Virus record (IMG/VR): IMGVR_UViG_3300022891_000004
Span: 1-48,260 of that record
Source: a virus
Taxonomy: Duplodnaviria; Caudoviricetes
Strand: one strand, 5' to 3'
Length of the DNA stretch: 48,260 bases
Under the pieces are notes generated by a model that did not search any database, was not told the DNA's origin, and saw only the letters and a list, made by a program, of their open reading frames with translations. The stretch's first letter is position 1. Each line of letters begins with the position of its first letter. Shown piece after piece: positions 1-8,733 of this stretch. Both the position numbers and the translations under genes were made by a program.

Positions 1-127
1 CACCGAGGCCACCGCCAATCATTTCGTGGGCCGCTCGGTCTATCCCACCTCTGGTGCCCTGCTCGGAGTGTGCCTCGGGGTTGTGACCGCCTATGCGCTC
101 ACCTCGGGCCGCGGACGGTTTACGGTC
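1..127. repeat. Terminal direct repeat (circular assembly overlap), copy 1
   Basis: 1-127 is identical to 48134-48260; 127 nt matches a common assembler k-mer; an ORF reads through the junction. Confidence 0.95.
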
Positions 128-187
128 TCGCCAGGCTCTCCGACGGGTGAGGCCATGGCCGACAACGTCACGCTGCTACTGATCTAG
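1..187 (+). CDS. 3' end of the ORF starting at 47622 (wraps the circular junction; 232 aa putative virion-associated protein)
   Basis: Frame from ATG 47622 stays open across the junction to TAG 185-187. Confidence 0.8.
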   Translation, partial: TEATANHFVGRSVYPTSGALLGVCLGVVTAYALTSGRGRFTVSPGSPTGEAMADNVTLLLI

Positions 188-188
188 G

Positions 189-1430
189 GTGCTGAGCGTC
201 CTCACATTGCGAGGTCCTGGCGCGCCGCCGAACTGGAATCGGCTGTCCTTTCTCGGCATGCAATTGAAGCTTTTGAGCACGGTGGATGCCGCCTCGCCGT
301 TCTTTGGCCAGACGCCCACCGTGGTCCCCGGTGATGAATGGGTGCTCGCGGGCCTGACGACCCCGGACAGCTACGCGCTTCTGCCCTTAAGCGATGGCAC
401 CGCCTCCTATGCAGGGGGAGCCACCCGACAGAGCTGGCTCAATGCGATCTATGACCGCTCGATGCGAGATTGGTATGCGACGGATGAGGTGGGCGACACC
501 TTCACGATCGTCGTTAACGATCAATCGCCTACGCAAACTGCCTCGATTCCAACACAGCAGTGGTATACGCACATCCCGATCACCCCGGTCATTCTGGGGG
601 ACTACGTCAGTGATCCGGATGATGCCGAGAGCCTGCTTGCCTACTCAGGTCTTTCCGTGTCGGGCCTGTCGATCGTCTCGCACGTCTACAACCCAGGCCA
701 GGTCAACGAGCGCACCGTCTGGCAGATCCAGGGCACTCCAGGCGCCGCCGGCTCAGGCTCGATCAGCCTCATCGCAACAGACCCGTATGGCGCCACGCTC
801 AATCTCAGTGCATTCAGCTATGACACGGACGAGGCCATACTCGTACCCCAGGTCAGTACCGGGACCACGACTCTGGCGATAGGCCTTGCCGCTTTTGATA
901 GCGCAGGACTTAACCTCGTTGGCATCATCCCGGAGCTGAGTGGCGTTGCGGTCGGCAACATCTTCAGTCAGATCCCGCCGGCTTTGACGTATGTGATCCC
1001 CGGCACCGCCGCGGTTCTCTACGTCAGTGGTGTCGCCCGCCCCGTCGTTATTGGCCTGACGCAGGCCGCCGCCATCGCAGCCCTTGAGGCCGCCGGCTTC
1101 ATCGTCAGCGTCGAGGCCCAATACACCGAGGATGACGAGAGCTTTGGACTTGTCATCGCGCAGTCGCCCTCATCCGGGGTTGCGCTTGCTGGGGAAACCG
1201 TCCTCATCACCGTCTCATTGGGCGTGCTCGACGTCCTGGCTGAGGTGCGTGCTCACAAGCCCGGGTTCTTTGACGGCCTCTACCGTGTGCCAGGCGATAC
1301 GTTTAATCTGACGGAGCCTGAGCAGTATTCGCCCTACTGGATGGAATTCATTAATGGTGTCCCGGCCAGTTGGGCCGGACGAATCGCTGTGTTCAACCCT
1401 TACGTGGATCGGGAGATCCTGGAGTTTTGA
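189..1430 (+). CDS. Ig-like + tandem PASTA domain protein, putative virion decoration
   Basis: PVVIGLTQAAAIAALEAAGF...GLVIAQSPSSG...VLITVSLG fits a PASTA repeat, preceded by a degenerate copy; ...IQGTP...ISLIATDPYGAT is Ig/cadherin-like. Confidence 0.75.
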   Translation: MLSVLTLRGPGAPPNWNRLSFLGMQLKLLSTVDAASPFFGQTPTVVPGDEWVLAGLTTPDSYALLPLSDGTASYAGGATRQSWLNAIYDRSMRDWYATDEVGDTFTIVVNDQSPTQTASIPTQQWYTHIPITPVILGDYVSDPDDAESLLAYSGLSVSGLSIVSHVYNPGQVNERTVWQIQGTPGAAGSGSISLIATDPYGATLNLSAFSYDTDEAILVPQVSTGTTTLAIGLAAFDSAGLNLVGIIPELSGVAVGNIFSQIPPALTYVIPGTAAVLYVSGVARPVVIGLTQAAAIAALEAAGFIVSVEAQYTEDDESFGLVIAQSPSSGVALAGETVLITVSLGVLDVLAEVRAHKPGFFDGLYRVPGDTFNLTEPEQYSPYWMEFINGVPASWAGRIAVFNPYVDREILEF

Positions 1431-1936
1431 TGGCTGAGGTCACTGCAATCTATGTGTTAAGAGACCCTCATACCTTTGAGCCTCGGTATGTGGGCAAGTC
1501 GAGCACGCCTAAGCTCAGGCTGACACAGCATCTTTTAGCGGCTCGAACCAAATCAGTCAGTCACCTTCAGCGCTGGATTACAAAGCTCGAGCGTGAAGGT
1601 CTCAAGCCCGTTATGGATGTAATGGAATGGGTTCCGCTCAGTGAATGGCAGAACGCCGAGCGCTATTACATTCGCGAGTTTACAAAGCTTGGCGCACGTC
1701 TGACTAACTCAACCCCAGGCGGAGATGCGCCGCCATCAGGCCCACAGGGCAAGCTGCATTACCTTAAGCGCAGCATAATGATGATCTACCGCTCCTTTGT
1801 TAAGGACGGACAACTTGGTGCAGCGGCTCGTGTAGCCGTGAAGATGCGATATATGCATCGGTTGCATCCATCTATCGCCCCTCGATCGTGGAAATACATC
1901 GGTTTAGATCTAAAACGGACTTCTTTACATGGCTAA
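1430..1936 (+). CDS. GIY-YIG homing endonuclease-like protein
   Basis: AIYVLRDP...RYVGKS...RL..H...E..YI...LTN motif; ATG overlaps upstream TGA. Confidence 0.8.
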   Translation: MAEVTAIYVLRDPHTFEPRYVGKSSTPKLRLTQHLLAARTKSVSHLQRWITKLEREGLKPVMDVMEWVPLSEWQNAERYYIREFTKLGARLTNSTPGGDAPPSGPQGKLHYLKRSIMMIYRSFVKDGQLGAAARVAVKMRYMHRLHPSIAPRSWKYIGLDLKRTSLHG

Positions 1937-2177
1937 GGGAATCAAGACCGGTGGGCGTCGAAAAGGCTCCATAAACAAAACGACAGCCGATCTGAAGAGC
2001 ATGGTTGAAGGGGCCTTGGCAGATGCCGGGGGTCGTGCATACCTCGCTCAGCAGGCCGTAGAGAGCCCAGCAGCGTTCCTCGCATTGCTCGGGAAGCTCG
2101 TCCCTCGCGATCTAAACATCGATATGCAAGTCGCCCTATCTGAGCGCATGCGGAATCTGATTGAACGCAAAGATTAA
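1929..2177 (+). CDS. terS: Terminase small subunit
   Basis: KTGGRRKGSINKTT N-terminus typical of small terminases; immediately upstream of TerL. Confidence 0.75.
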   Translation: MAKGIKTGGRRKGSINKTTADLKSMVEGALADAGGRAYLAQQAVESPAAFLALLGKLVPRDLNIDMQVALSERMRNLIERKD

Positions 2178-3690
2178 TGAGGCTGACTGGGATGCCATCA
2201 CGCGATGGCTGCTCTCGTGTCGTCACGATCCGCTGAGGTGGGTCACGACTGCGTATCCCTGGGGCGTCAAAGGGACAACGCTTGCCGATAAGAAGCCACG
2301 TGAATGGCAGATTGAGCAGGCAACGCGCATCCGGGATCGCCTCAGATCCGAGCCTCATCAGCCGATCCTAGAGGCCACTGCATCCGGTCACGGAATTGGT
2401 AAGTCCGCTGAGGTGTCGATGATTGGTCAATGGGCTCTGATGACGAGCCCTGACACGCGCGGCATCATCACGGCGAACACTGAGGCGCAGCTGCGCACCA
2501 AGACGTGGCCTGAGATGGCCAAGTGGTATGGATTGCTGCCCCCGGAGCTGCGCGAGCTATTCGTATTTGAGGCCACCTCATTACACGTTCGCGACAGCAA
2601 GCCCGAGCGTGCCAAGGCCTGGACACTCGATGCGCATCCCTGGAGTGAGCACAACACCGAAGCGTTCGCCGGCATGCACAACGAGGGCAAGCGCATCATC
2701 GTGCTGTATGACGAGGCCTCGGCTATCGCTGACAAGGTGCATGAGGTCACGGAAGGTGCGCTCACGGATGAGGGCACAGAGATCATATGGCTTCAGTACG
2801 GCAACCCCACGCGTACTCATGGCCGATTCCAGGAGTGCTGGGGTGCGCGCAAGCATCGATGGACCACACGCAACATCGACTCGCGCACCGTTGAAGGCAC
2901 TAACAAAGTTCAGCTCGAGAAGTGGGTCAACGACTACGGTGAGAACAGCGACTTTGTACGTGTTCGCGTGCGAGGTCTTGCCCCGTCCGCCTCGAGCGCG
3001 CAGCTCATCGAGACTGATCTCGTGCAAGCCGCCATGGACCGTGAGCCGCTGTTGGGTCTACGCGAGGCGCTGATCATGTCGATCGATGTCGCACGCGGAG
3101 GCGCTGATGAGTTCGTGATCGCCTTTCGCCGCGGTCTTGATGCCAAGAGCGTTCCTTGGCATTTCATCCCGGGCTCTGAGTCGCGTGATAGTGAGCGGGT
3201 GCTTGCAAAGATCGTGGACCTGGCCACGAGCCCCGACAAGATGTGCAGACCCGATGCGGTGTTTGTCGATGAGACGGGATTGGGCGGGCCGATCGTGGAT
3301 CGCTTGCGGCGTCTATTGGGGGACGACTTCCAGGTGCTCGGCGTGCAGTTCGGTAGCGCGAGCCCCAACTCACAGCTTGCAGACATGCGCACCTTTATCT
3401 GGTGGCAGATGCGCGAGAGTCTGCGTGTGGGACTTGCGATCCCCAACGATCAAGCCTTGAGCGCACAAATGACCGCTCCTGAGATCGATCACGACAAGCG
3501 CGACAAGCTCAGACTCGAGTCCAAAGACGACATGAAAGAGCGCTTGCCTGGCATCGGCTCACCAGACAGAGCAGACGCGCTTGCGATCTCCTTCGCCTAC
3601 AACGTGCAACCGCGTGAGCAGAATCAACTGCTCAATCGTGGACACACCTGCAAACACGATCACGATCCGTGGGGAACAGAGCGTGAATGA
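2161..3690 (+). CDS. terL: Terminase large subunit
   Basis: Walker A SGHGIGKS, Walker B IIVLYDEAS, GNPT coupling motif, nuclease IDVARGGAD...SPDRADALA. Confidence 0.95.
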   Translation: MNAKINEADWDAITRWLLSCRHDPLRWVTTAYPWGVKGTTLADKKPREWQIEQATRIRDRLRSEPHQPILEATASGHGIGKSAEVSMIGQWALMTSPDTRGIITANTEAQLRTKTWPEMAKWYGLLPPELRELFVFEATSLHVRDSKPERAKAWTLDAHPWSEHNTEAFAGMHNEGKRIIVLYDEASAIADKVHEVTEGALTDEGTEIIWLQYGNPTRTHGRFQECWGARKHRWTTRNIDSRTVEGTNKVQLEKWVNDYGENSDFVRVRVRGLAPSASSAQLIETDLVQAAMDREPLLGLREALIMSIDVARGGADEFVIAFRRGLDAKSVPWHFIPGSESRDSERVLAKIVDLATSPDKMCRPDAVFVDETGLGGPIVDRLRRLLGDDFQVLGVQFGSASPNSQLADMRTFIWWQMRESLRVGLAIPNDQALSAQMTAPEIDHDKRDKLRLESKDDMKERLPGIGSPDRADALAISFAYNVQPREQNQLLNRGHTCKHDHDPWGTERE

Positions 3691-4171
3691 TCGACTAAAA
3701 TCATTATTTTTCCAGAGATTCACCCCTGTCACAGAGAGCGGGTGTTGGCTTTGGGACGCCTCATCTAACAAAAAAGGATATGGGATTCTTTGGAGCGCTA
3801 CAGATCAACGCACGTTCCTGGCGCATCGTCTTAGCTGGGAGATCCATCGCGAAGAGCACCCCGGAGAATTGGACGTGTTACATCGCTGTGATGTGAGGTG
3901 CTGCGTTAATCCCGCCCATCTCTACGTTGGGACACAGACCGATAACAATGCTGACATGGTGCGTCGTGGTCGCAATCGCAGCAAGGCTCGACTCACCCAC
4001 TGCAAGCACGGTCACGAGTTCACTCCACAAAATACCCGCTTGATCCAAGGCGGAAAGCATTGCGTTGAATGCTCGCGAATTCGTCGCGCCAGATATATCG
4101 AGCGCGCCCGAAAGCTTGGTATGACATACGGATATACGTCCCTCTCAAAGCCTCGATACACAAGGGCATAA
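3683..4171 (+). CDS. HNH homing endonuclease
   Basis: GCWLW...GYG...AHRLSW...VLHRCDVRCCVNPAHL..GT..DN plus THCKHGHEF...C..C Zn module; GTG start overlapping the terL stop. Confidence 0.9.
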   Translation: MNDRLKSLFFQRFTPVTESGCWLWDASSNKKGYGILWSATDQRTFLAHRLSWEIHREEHPGELDVLHRCDVRCCVNPAHLYVGTQTDNNADMVRRGRNRSKARLTHCKHGHEFTPQNTRLIQGGKHCVECSRIRRARYIERARKLGMTYGYTSLSKPRYTRA

Positions 4172-4175
4172 TGCT

Positions 4176-4475
4176 ATGGGAACCATTGGTAAGAAACTCG
4201 CACGCTTCTCGACTCGTCCCGCCAGGATCATTCTGGGCGACAAGGCACAAGCGCGGCTTGATCCATTCGGCAAGGCAATTGGCGCCTATGAGAAGAGCGC
4301 CGCTGCGCCTGAAGAGACGGAGACGCCTGCGGTCATTGACCCCGGCGCCGCCTACAGTCAACGCGATCGCATTCGCCGCCGCGCATCCCGCGCGCAGGGG
4401 CAAGCCTCTACGATTCGCACAGGTGGGCCCGGAGCACCCTACACTGGCGCGCCCAGCAAACTACTAGGCGGTTAA
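4176..4475 (+). CDS. Small hypothetical virion protein (pre-portal, ends KLLGG)
   Basis: ORF position and LLG C-terminus resemble small pre-portal genes of podoviruses. Confidence 0.6.
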   Translation: MGTIGKKLARFSTRPARIILGDKAQARLDPFGKAIGAYEKSAAAPEETETPAVIDPGAAYSQRDRIRRRASRAQGQASTIRTGGPGAPYTGAPSKLLGG

Positions 4476-4498
4476 ATCTTCCGCAAAGGCTTCGATTC

Positions 4499-5851
4499 AT
4501 GAGCACAGTCAATGGAACGTTCACGGCCCTAAACCAAGCCTCATCCTCTATTCTGGTGAGGCCGAGTGAGACGCTACTCATCACACTCAGTGGCACGTTC
4601 GTAGGACTGTGCATGCTGCAAAGAATGATTGGCGCCGGGGCCGCATGGGAGAACGCAGGCACGTACGCAAGCGGCGTGGAGGCCATGAGTCAGCCGGGAA
4701 CGTATCGGCTCATCTGCTCGCGCTTCACATCCGGCACGATCAGTTACTCGCTCTATACGCCCAGCGCCACAGCCGTCGCCTCGTTGACCGGCATCACGAA
4801 CCTCAAAGCCTCCAATACCAGTAAGTACCGCGCCGCGCGCGGCAAGGTGCTCGCGGGCATCTCTAACATGGTGGTCTTAACCTCCGGTAACTCGATCACC
4901 GCAGGGGCCGGGGCGACCGGGGGGTCAGGAAGCTCCGCGGCGCTCTTGGGATCAAACGCGATCTCGAAGTCCTATCCGACTCAGCTTGCACAGCTGCTCA
5001 CCGCTCGAGGGTTGACTGCAAGCTCACAGTCATTCGTGGGCGGTCATGGAAGCAACGATTGGGCCGCGCACGATGGCCGCATCAACATGGGCGGCTGGCT
5101 CAACGTCAACGGCCTGGGGGTGATTGGTAGCAACACGCTCCGCGCCCCGTCCGCGGTGGCTGATTGCACCTTCACGCCCACGACCGCAGTGGATACGGTT
5201 GACGTATACGTTCTGCGATCGGGTATCGGCTCGATCACGATCAAGAATGATTCCTCAGCCACTCTTGCGACGATCGCAGCCCAAACCGGCTCAGGGATGA
5301 TCAACAAGACGACAGTGGTCTTAGATGGTGCGGCCGGTACAAAGATCATCAAAGCCGGCTACGTGACCGCAGCGACCAACCTCATCGGCATGCGCGCCTA
5401 CAACTCCGCTGTCAAAGAGGTCTCGATCATCAACTCTGCCGCCTATGGCGCGCGGGTGGACTCGCTCAACGACACCTGGAATGCCAATGCATCGGCGGTG
5501 ACTATTGCGCCGGATCTGACGATCCTCGCCTGGACGCGCAACGACTACGGTCAATCGACCGCTATCGAGACGTATCGATCGCTCTATCAGCTTGCCATCA
5601 CCGCAGCGCTCACAACCGGGGATTGCATCCTCGTGATCGAGCCGATGGGTGCGACGGTGACGGGTGATCCCTCGCCTTACTATCAGGTCGTCTATGACCT
5701 CGCCGAAGTGAACGACATCCCGGTGGTCGACTTCACGCGCCTTTGGGATGTCTACGCAAACATCTCCACCTGGTACATCGATGGCATCCACCCGGTGGGC
5801 TTTGCTTACGCAAACGTAGCTAACGAGATGGCCAAGGTATTACTCACATGA
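4499..5851 (+). CDS. SGNH/GDSL hydrolase with N-terminal small beta domain
   Basis: Block I GNSITAG, block II AYGAR, block III RND, block V DGIHP. Confidence 0.85.
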   Translation: MSTVNGTFTALNQASSSILVRPSETLLITLSGTFVGLCMLQRMIGAGAAWENAGTYASGVEAMSQPGTYRLICSRFTSGTISYSLYTPSATAVASLTGITNLKASNTSKYRAARGKVLAGISNMVVLTSGNSITAGAGATGGSGSSAALLGSNAISKSYPTQLAQLLTARGLTASSQSFVGGHGSNDWAAHDGRINMGGWLNVNGLGVIGSNTLRAPSAVADCTFTPTTAVDTVDVYVLRSGIGSITIKNDSSATLATIAAQTGSGMINKTTVVLDGAAGTKIIKAGYVTAATNLIGMRAYNSAVKEVSIINSAAYGARVDSLNDTWNANASAVTIAPDLTILAWTRNDYGQSTAIETYRSLYQLAITAALTTGDCILVIEPMGATVTGDPSPYYQVVYDLAEVNDIPVVDFTRLWDVYANISTWYIDGIHPVGFAYANVANEMAKVLLT

Positions 5852-7542
5852 TGGAAGTTCCCTCGCGATATCAGGTTGCACAGATCCGCTTAGCGGAGTT
5901 GAGAGCCGAGCGCGAGTCCTATGACCCCCACTACAAGGAGCTGCAGTCCTATTTCCTCACGCGTCGTGGGAGATGGATAGACGATAAAAAAGCCAAGGGC
6001 GGCAAGCGCAATCAGCTCCTGATAGATCCGACCCCTAAGTTTGCCGCGCGCACCTTAGGGGCCGGCATGCACGCGGGCAGCACGAACCCTGCGACCCCGT
6101 GGTTTCGGCTCACGACGCCTGACCCTGAGATGATGGAATACCCCGCGGTGTCGCTGTGGCTGTATGCGGTCGAGAATCTGATGCGCGATGTGTTCGCGCG
6201 CTCGAACCTGTATTCGGTCTTGCCCTCCATCTATACCGAGGCGGGGGTCTTTGGCACGGCGCCCATGTTGATGCCTGAGCATCCGACCAAGGTCATTCAC
6301 TTCGTGCCGAAGACCGTCGGCAGCTACTTCCTCGCCGCAAACTCCGATGGCGTGATCGACACGATGTACTGCGAATACCTCATGACGGTGCGGCAGCTCG
6401 TGGACGACTACGGCATCAACAAGGTGAGTCAGCAGGTCAAGACCGCCTACGATGGCAACCGGCGCCAGCAATTGGTAGAGGTGCTGCACATCATCGAGCC
6501 CAACAAGGCACGCGTTGAGGCGGCCGACAATCAGAACATGGCGTTCAGCTCGGTCTACTTTGAGACTCACGCGCCAGCCGGCCAGGCGCCGCTTCGTATC
6601 TCAGGGTTCGAGGACAATCCTCTGGGCGCCTTTCGTTGGGAGACGACAGAGATAACAGACCCCTACGGGTCCTCCTGCGGCATGGATGCATTGGGATGCG
6701 CAAAGGCCATGCAGGTTCAGCAGAAGCGAAAAGCGCAGGCCATCGATAAGCTCGTTGACCCGCCCATGGTCGGGGATCCCGCCATGAAGAATCAGCCCTC
6801 AACGCTCCTGCCCGCGGATGTGACGTGGGCGGGATTTACGCCCAATGGCTCGGCGCCGAAGTTTCAGCCCGCCTATGTCATCAAGCCTGAGATCCAAGGA
6901 CTCCTGCTCGATATCGAGGACGTGCGCGAGCTGGTGCATAAGGCCATGTACACGGACCTCTTTCTCGCGATCACGATGGCAGACCCGAGGAATGCCACCG
7001 TGCCAGAGATTGATGCACGCAAGGAGGAACAGATTCTGGCTCTGGGTCCAGTTCTTCAGAACCACGAAGACGGATTGATCAAGCCGCTTATTGATCGAAC
7101 GTTCAACATCATGGCGCGTCAGGGCAGACTCCCCCCACCGCCTCCAGAGCTTGAGCGCGTGCAGCTCAAAGTGGAGCTGATTGGTGCGCTCGCCCAGGCC
7201 TTCCGCTCGATTGCCGGCGGGAAGATTGAGCGCTTCGTGAACTTCGTGGGCAGTGTGGCCAAAGCGCAAGCGGACTCAGGCCAGGAAGTGACCGCATTCG
7301 ATAAGTGGGATGCAGATCAATCCATCGATGAGTACGCCCAGGCGATTGGGGTTCCGCCCTCGATTGTCCGAAGCGATGATGTGGTCGAGGAACTGCGCGC
7401 AGCACGCGCCGAGGCACAGGCGAAACAAGCGGCTCTTGAGGCCGCAGGACCTATGAAGGATGCGGCGTCCGCGGCGAAGTCGCTCTCGGAGACGGATGTG
7501 GGCGGGGAGAACGCGCTCGAGGCAATGACCAATGCAGCCTGA
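5848..7542 (+). CDS. Portal (head-to-tail connector), BPP-1/T7-like
   Basis: 564 aa; TNPATPWFRL, SNLY, FGTA, YG..CGMDALG, TVPEIDARKEEQILALGPV. Confidence 0.93.
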   Translation: MMEVPSRYQVAQIRLAELRAERESYDPHYKELQSYFLTRRGRWIDDKKAKGGKRNQLLIDPTPKFAARTLGAGMHAGSTNPATPWFRLTTPDPEMMEYPAVSLWLYAVENLMRDVFARSNLYSVLPSIYTEAGVFGTAPMLMPEHPTKVIHFVPKTVGSYFLAANSDGVIDTMYCEYLMTVRQLVDDYGINKVSQQVKTAYDGNRRQQLVEVLHIIEPNKARVEAADNQNMAFSSVYFETHAPAGQAPLRISGFEDNPLGAFRWETTEITDPYGSSCGMDALGCAKAMQVQQKRKAQAIDKLVDPPMVGDPAMKNQPSTLLPADVTWAGFTPNGSAPKFQPAYVIKPEIQGLLLDIEDVRELVHKAMYTDLFLAITMADPRNATVPEIDARKEEQILALGPVLQNHEDGLIKPLIDRTFNIMARQGRLPPPPPELERVQLKVELIGALAQAFRSIAGGKIERFVNFVGSVAKAQADSGQEVTAFDKWDADQSIDEYAQAIGVPPSIVRSDDVVEELRAARAEAQAKQAALEAAGPMKDAASAAKSLSETDVGGENALEAMTNAA

Positions 7543-7846
7543 GCGCTACGAGGCCAACAACCCCAAGGCTGTCGAGTCGCGCAAGCAGAAGGAAAAGCAG
7601 CGTCTCGAGCAGCAGCAGTCAGACCTTAAGACTCTGCTCGCGATGCCCGAATTCCGCCGCTACGTCTGGCGTCACATGAATGAGACGTGCGGGATGATGA
7701 AGTCGAGCGCGTCACCGAATGGCTCGACGCAATCCCTTAACATTGGGATGCAGGATGTTGCACGCGCGCTCTGGGCTGAGATCGAGACCATTGATGCGCT
7801 GATGCTGCCACTCATGATGACCGAACACCACGAGGCTCAGAAGTGA
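7532..7846 (+). CDS. Hypothetical protein (Bbp19-like, between portal and scaffold)
   Basis: DLKTLLAMPEFRRYVWR...SLNIGMQDVAR motif and synteny. Confidence 0.65.
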   Translation: MQPERYEANNPKAVESRKQKEKQRLEQQQSDLKTLLAMPEFRRYVWRHMNETCGMMKSSASPNGSTQSLNIGMQDVARALWAEIETIDALMLPLMMTEHHEAQK

Positions 7847-8040
7847 ATCCTGAACGTGTCAAGACGCGAGAATTCCGCATGCGCCTCGCGCGCATGATAT
7901 CCAGTGTGAAAAGCCGGCCTGTTGAAGTGACGCAGTACGGTGAGCGTGTCGCCGTGCTGGTCTCTCCTGATGAATATGATGAACTGCGTCACCTTCGACA
8001 AGTGTACACATCGATAGGAACAGCACGCCGCACAGCCTAG
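7843..8040 (+). CDS. Phd/YefM-family antitoxin (orphan)
   Basis: VKTREFRMRLARMISSVKSRPVEVTQYGERVAVLVSPDEYDEL fits the Phd/YefM N-terminal domain. Confidence 0.8.
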   Translation: MNPERVKTREFRMRLARMISSVKSRPVEVTQYGERVAVLVSPDEYDELRHLRQVYTSIGTARRTA

Positions 8041-8080
8041 CCTCTCACGAGCGCATATCCGCGCCACTCGTGAGACTTCT

Positions 8081-8716
8081 ATGGCTGATGCTCCCGCAGC
8101 TGACCCAGCTCCCTCAAACTCACCTGCTCCCGCATCACCTGATCCGACTGTAACGTCCCCCGTTCCTGATCCGGCGAAGCCCCCAGAGACTGCGAAACCC
8201 GCAGAACCTCAGAAGGCCCCCGAGCCTCCCAAGCTCACCGCTCCTGAGAAATACGACTACAGCGCCATCAAGCTGCCCGAGGGTGTGACCTTAGACACCG
8301 AGCTGCTGAACACGCTGGAGCCGAAGTTCAAAGAAGTCGGCTTGCCACAAGAGGCAGTCGCAAAGCTCGTCGAGGCGCACGCACAAGCGATCGCGCAAGC
8401 CGAAGAGAAGCGCGAAGCGGACTTCAAAACCTGGATGGCTGAGCAGACCAAGCAGCACCAGGCCGCGGTCAAGAAGGAATGGGGCCTGCAATACGACGCA
8501 AACCTTGCCGTCGCTCAACGCGGGATCGCCCGCTTTATGAGTCCTGAGGCCAAGGCGTTGCTCGATGAGACCGGGCTTGGGAATCACCCCGAGTTCGTGA
8601 AGGCGTTCTTTCAGATCGGAAAGATGGTCAGCGAGGACACACCCCCATCAGGACAGGCGCCCAGTGGCAATGGCCGCACGGCTGCGGAAGTTCTGTACGG
8701 CTCTACATCGAAATAG
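8081..8716 (+). CDS. Capsid scaffolding/assembly protein
   Basis: Pro-rich N-terminus, coiled coil, GLGNHPEFVKAF...EDT motif; directly upstream of the major capsid gene. Confidence 0.8.
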   Translation: MADAPAADPAPSNSPAPASPDPTVTSPVPDPAKPPETAKPAEPQKAPEPPKLTAPEKYDYSAIKLPEGVTLDTELLNTLEPKFKEVGLPQEAVAKLVEAHAQAIAQAEEKREADFKTWMAEQTKQHQAAVKKEWGLQYDANLAVAQRGIARFMSPEAKALLDETGLGNHPEFVKAFFQIGKMVSEDTPPSGQAPSGNGRTAAEVLYGSTSK

Positions 8717-8733
8717 TTTGAGGGAATGAATTC

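Noticed and set aside
1-127. Biological terminal repeat
   Set aside because: Exactly 127 nt and in the middle of an ORF; best explained as assembler k-mer overlap of a circular contig
3640-4020. TerL tail HTCKHDHD resembling the HNH segment THCKHGHE
   Set aside because: Short match; the HNH motif is a normal Zn-binding module, so coincidence cannot be excluded
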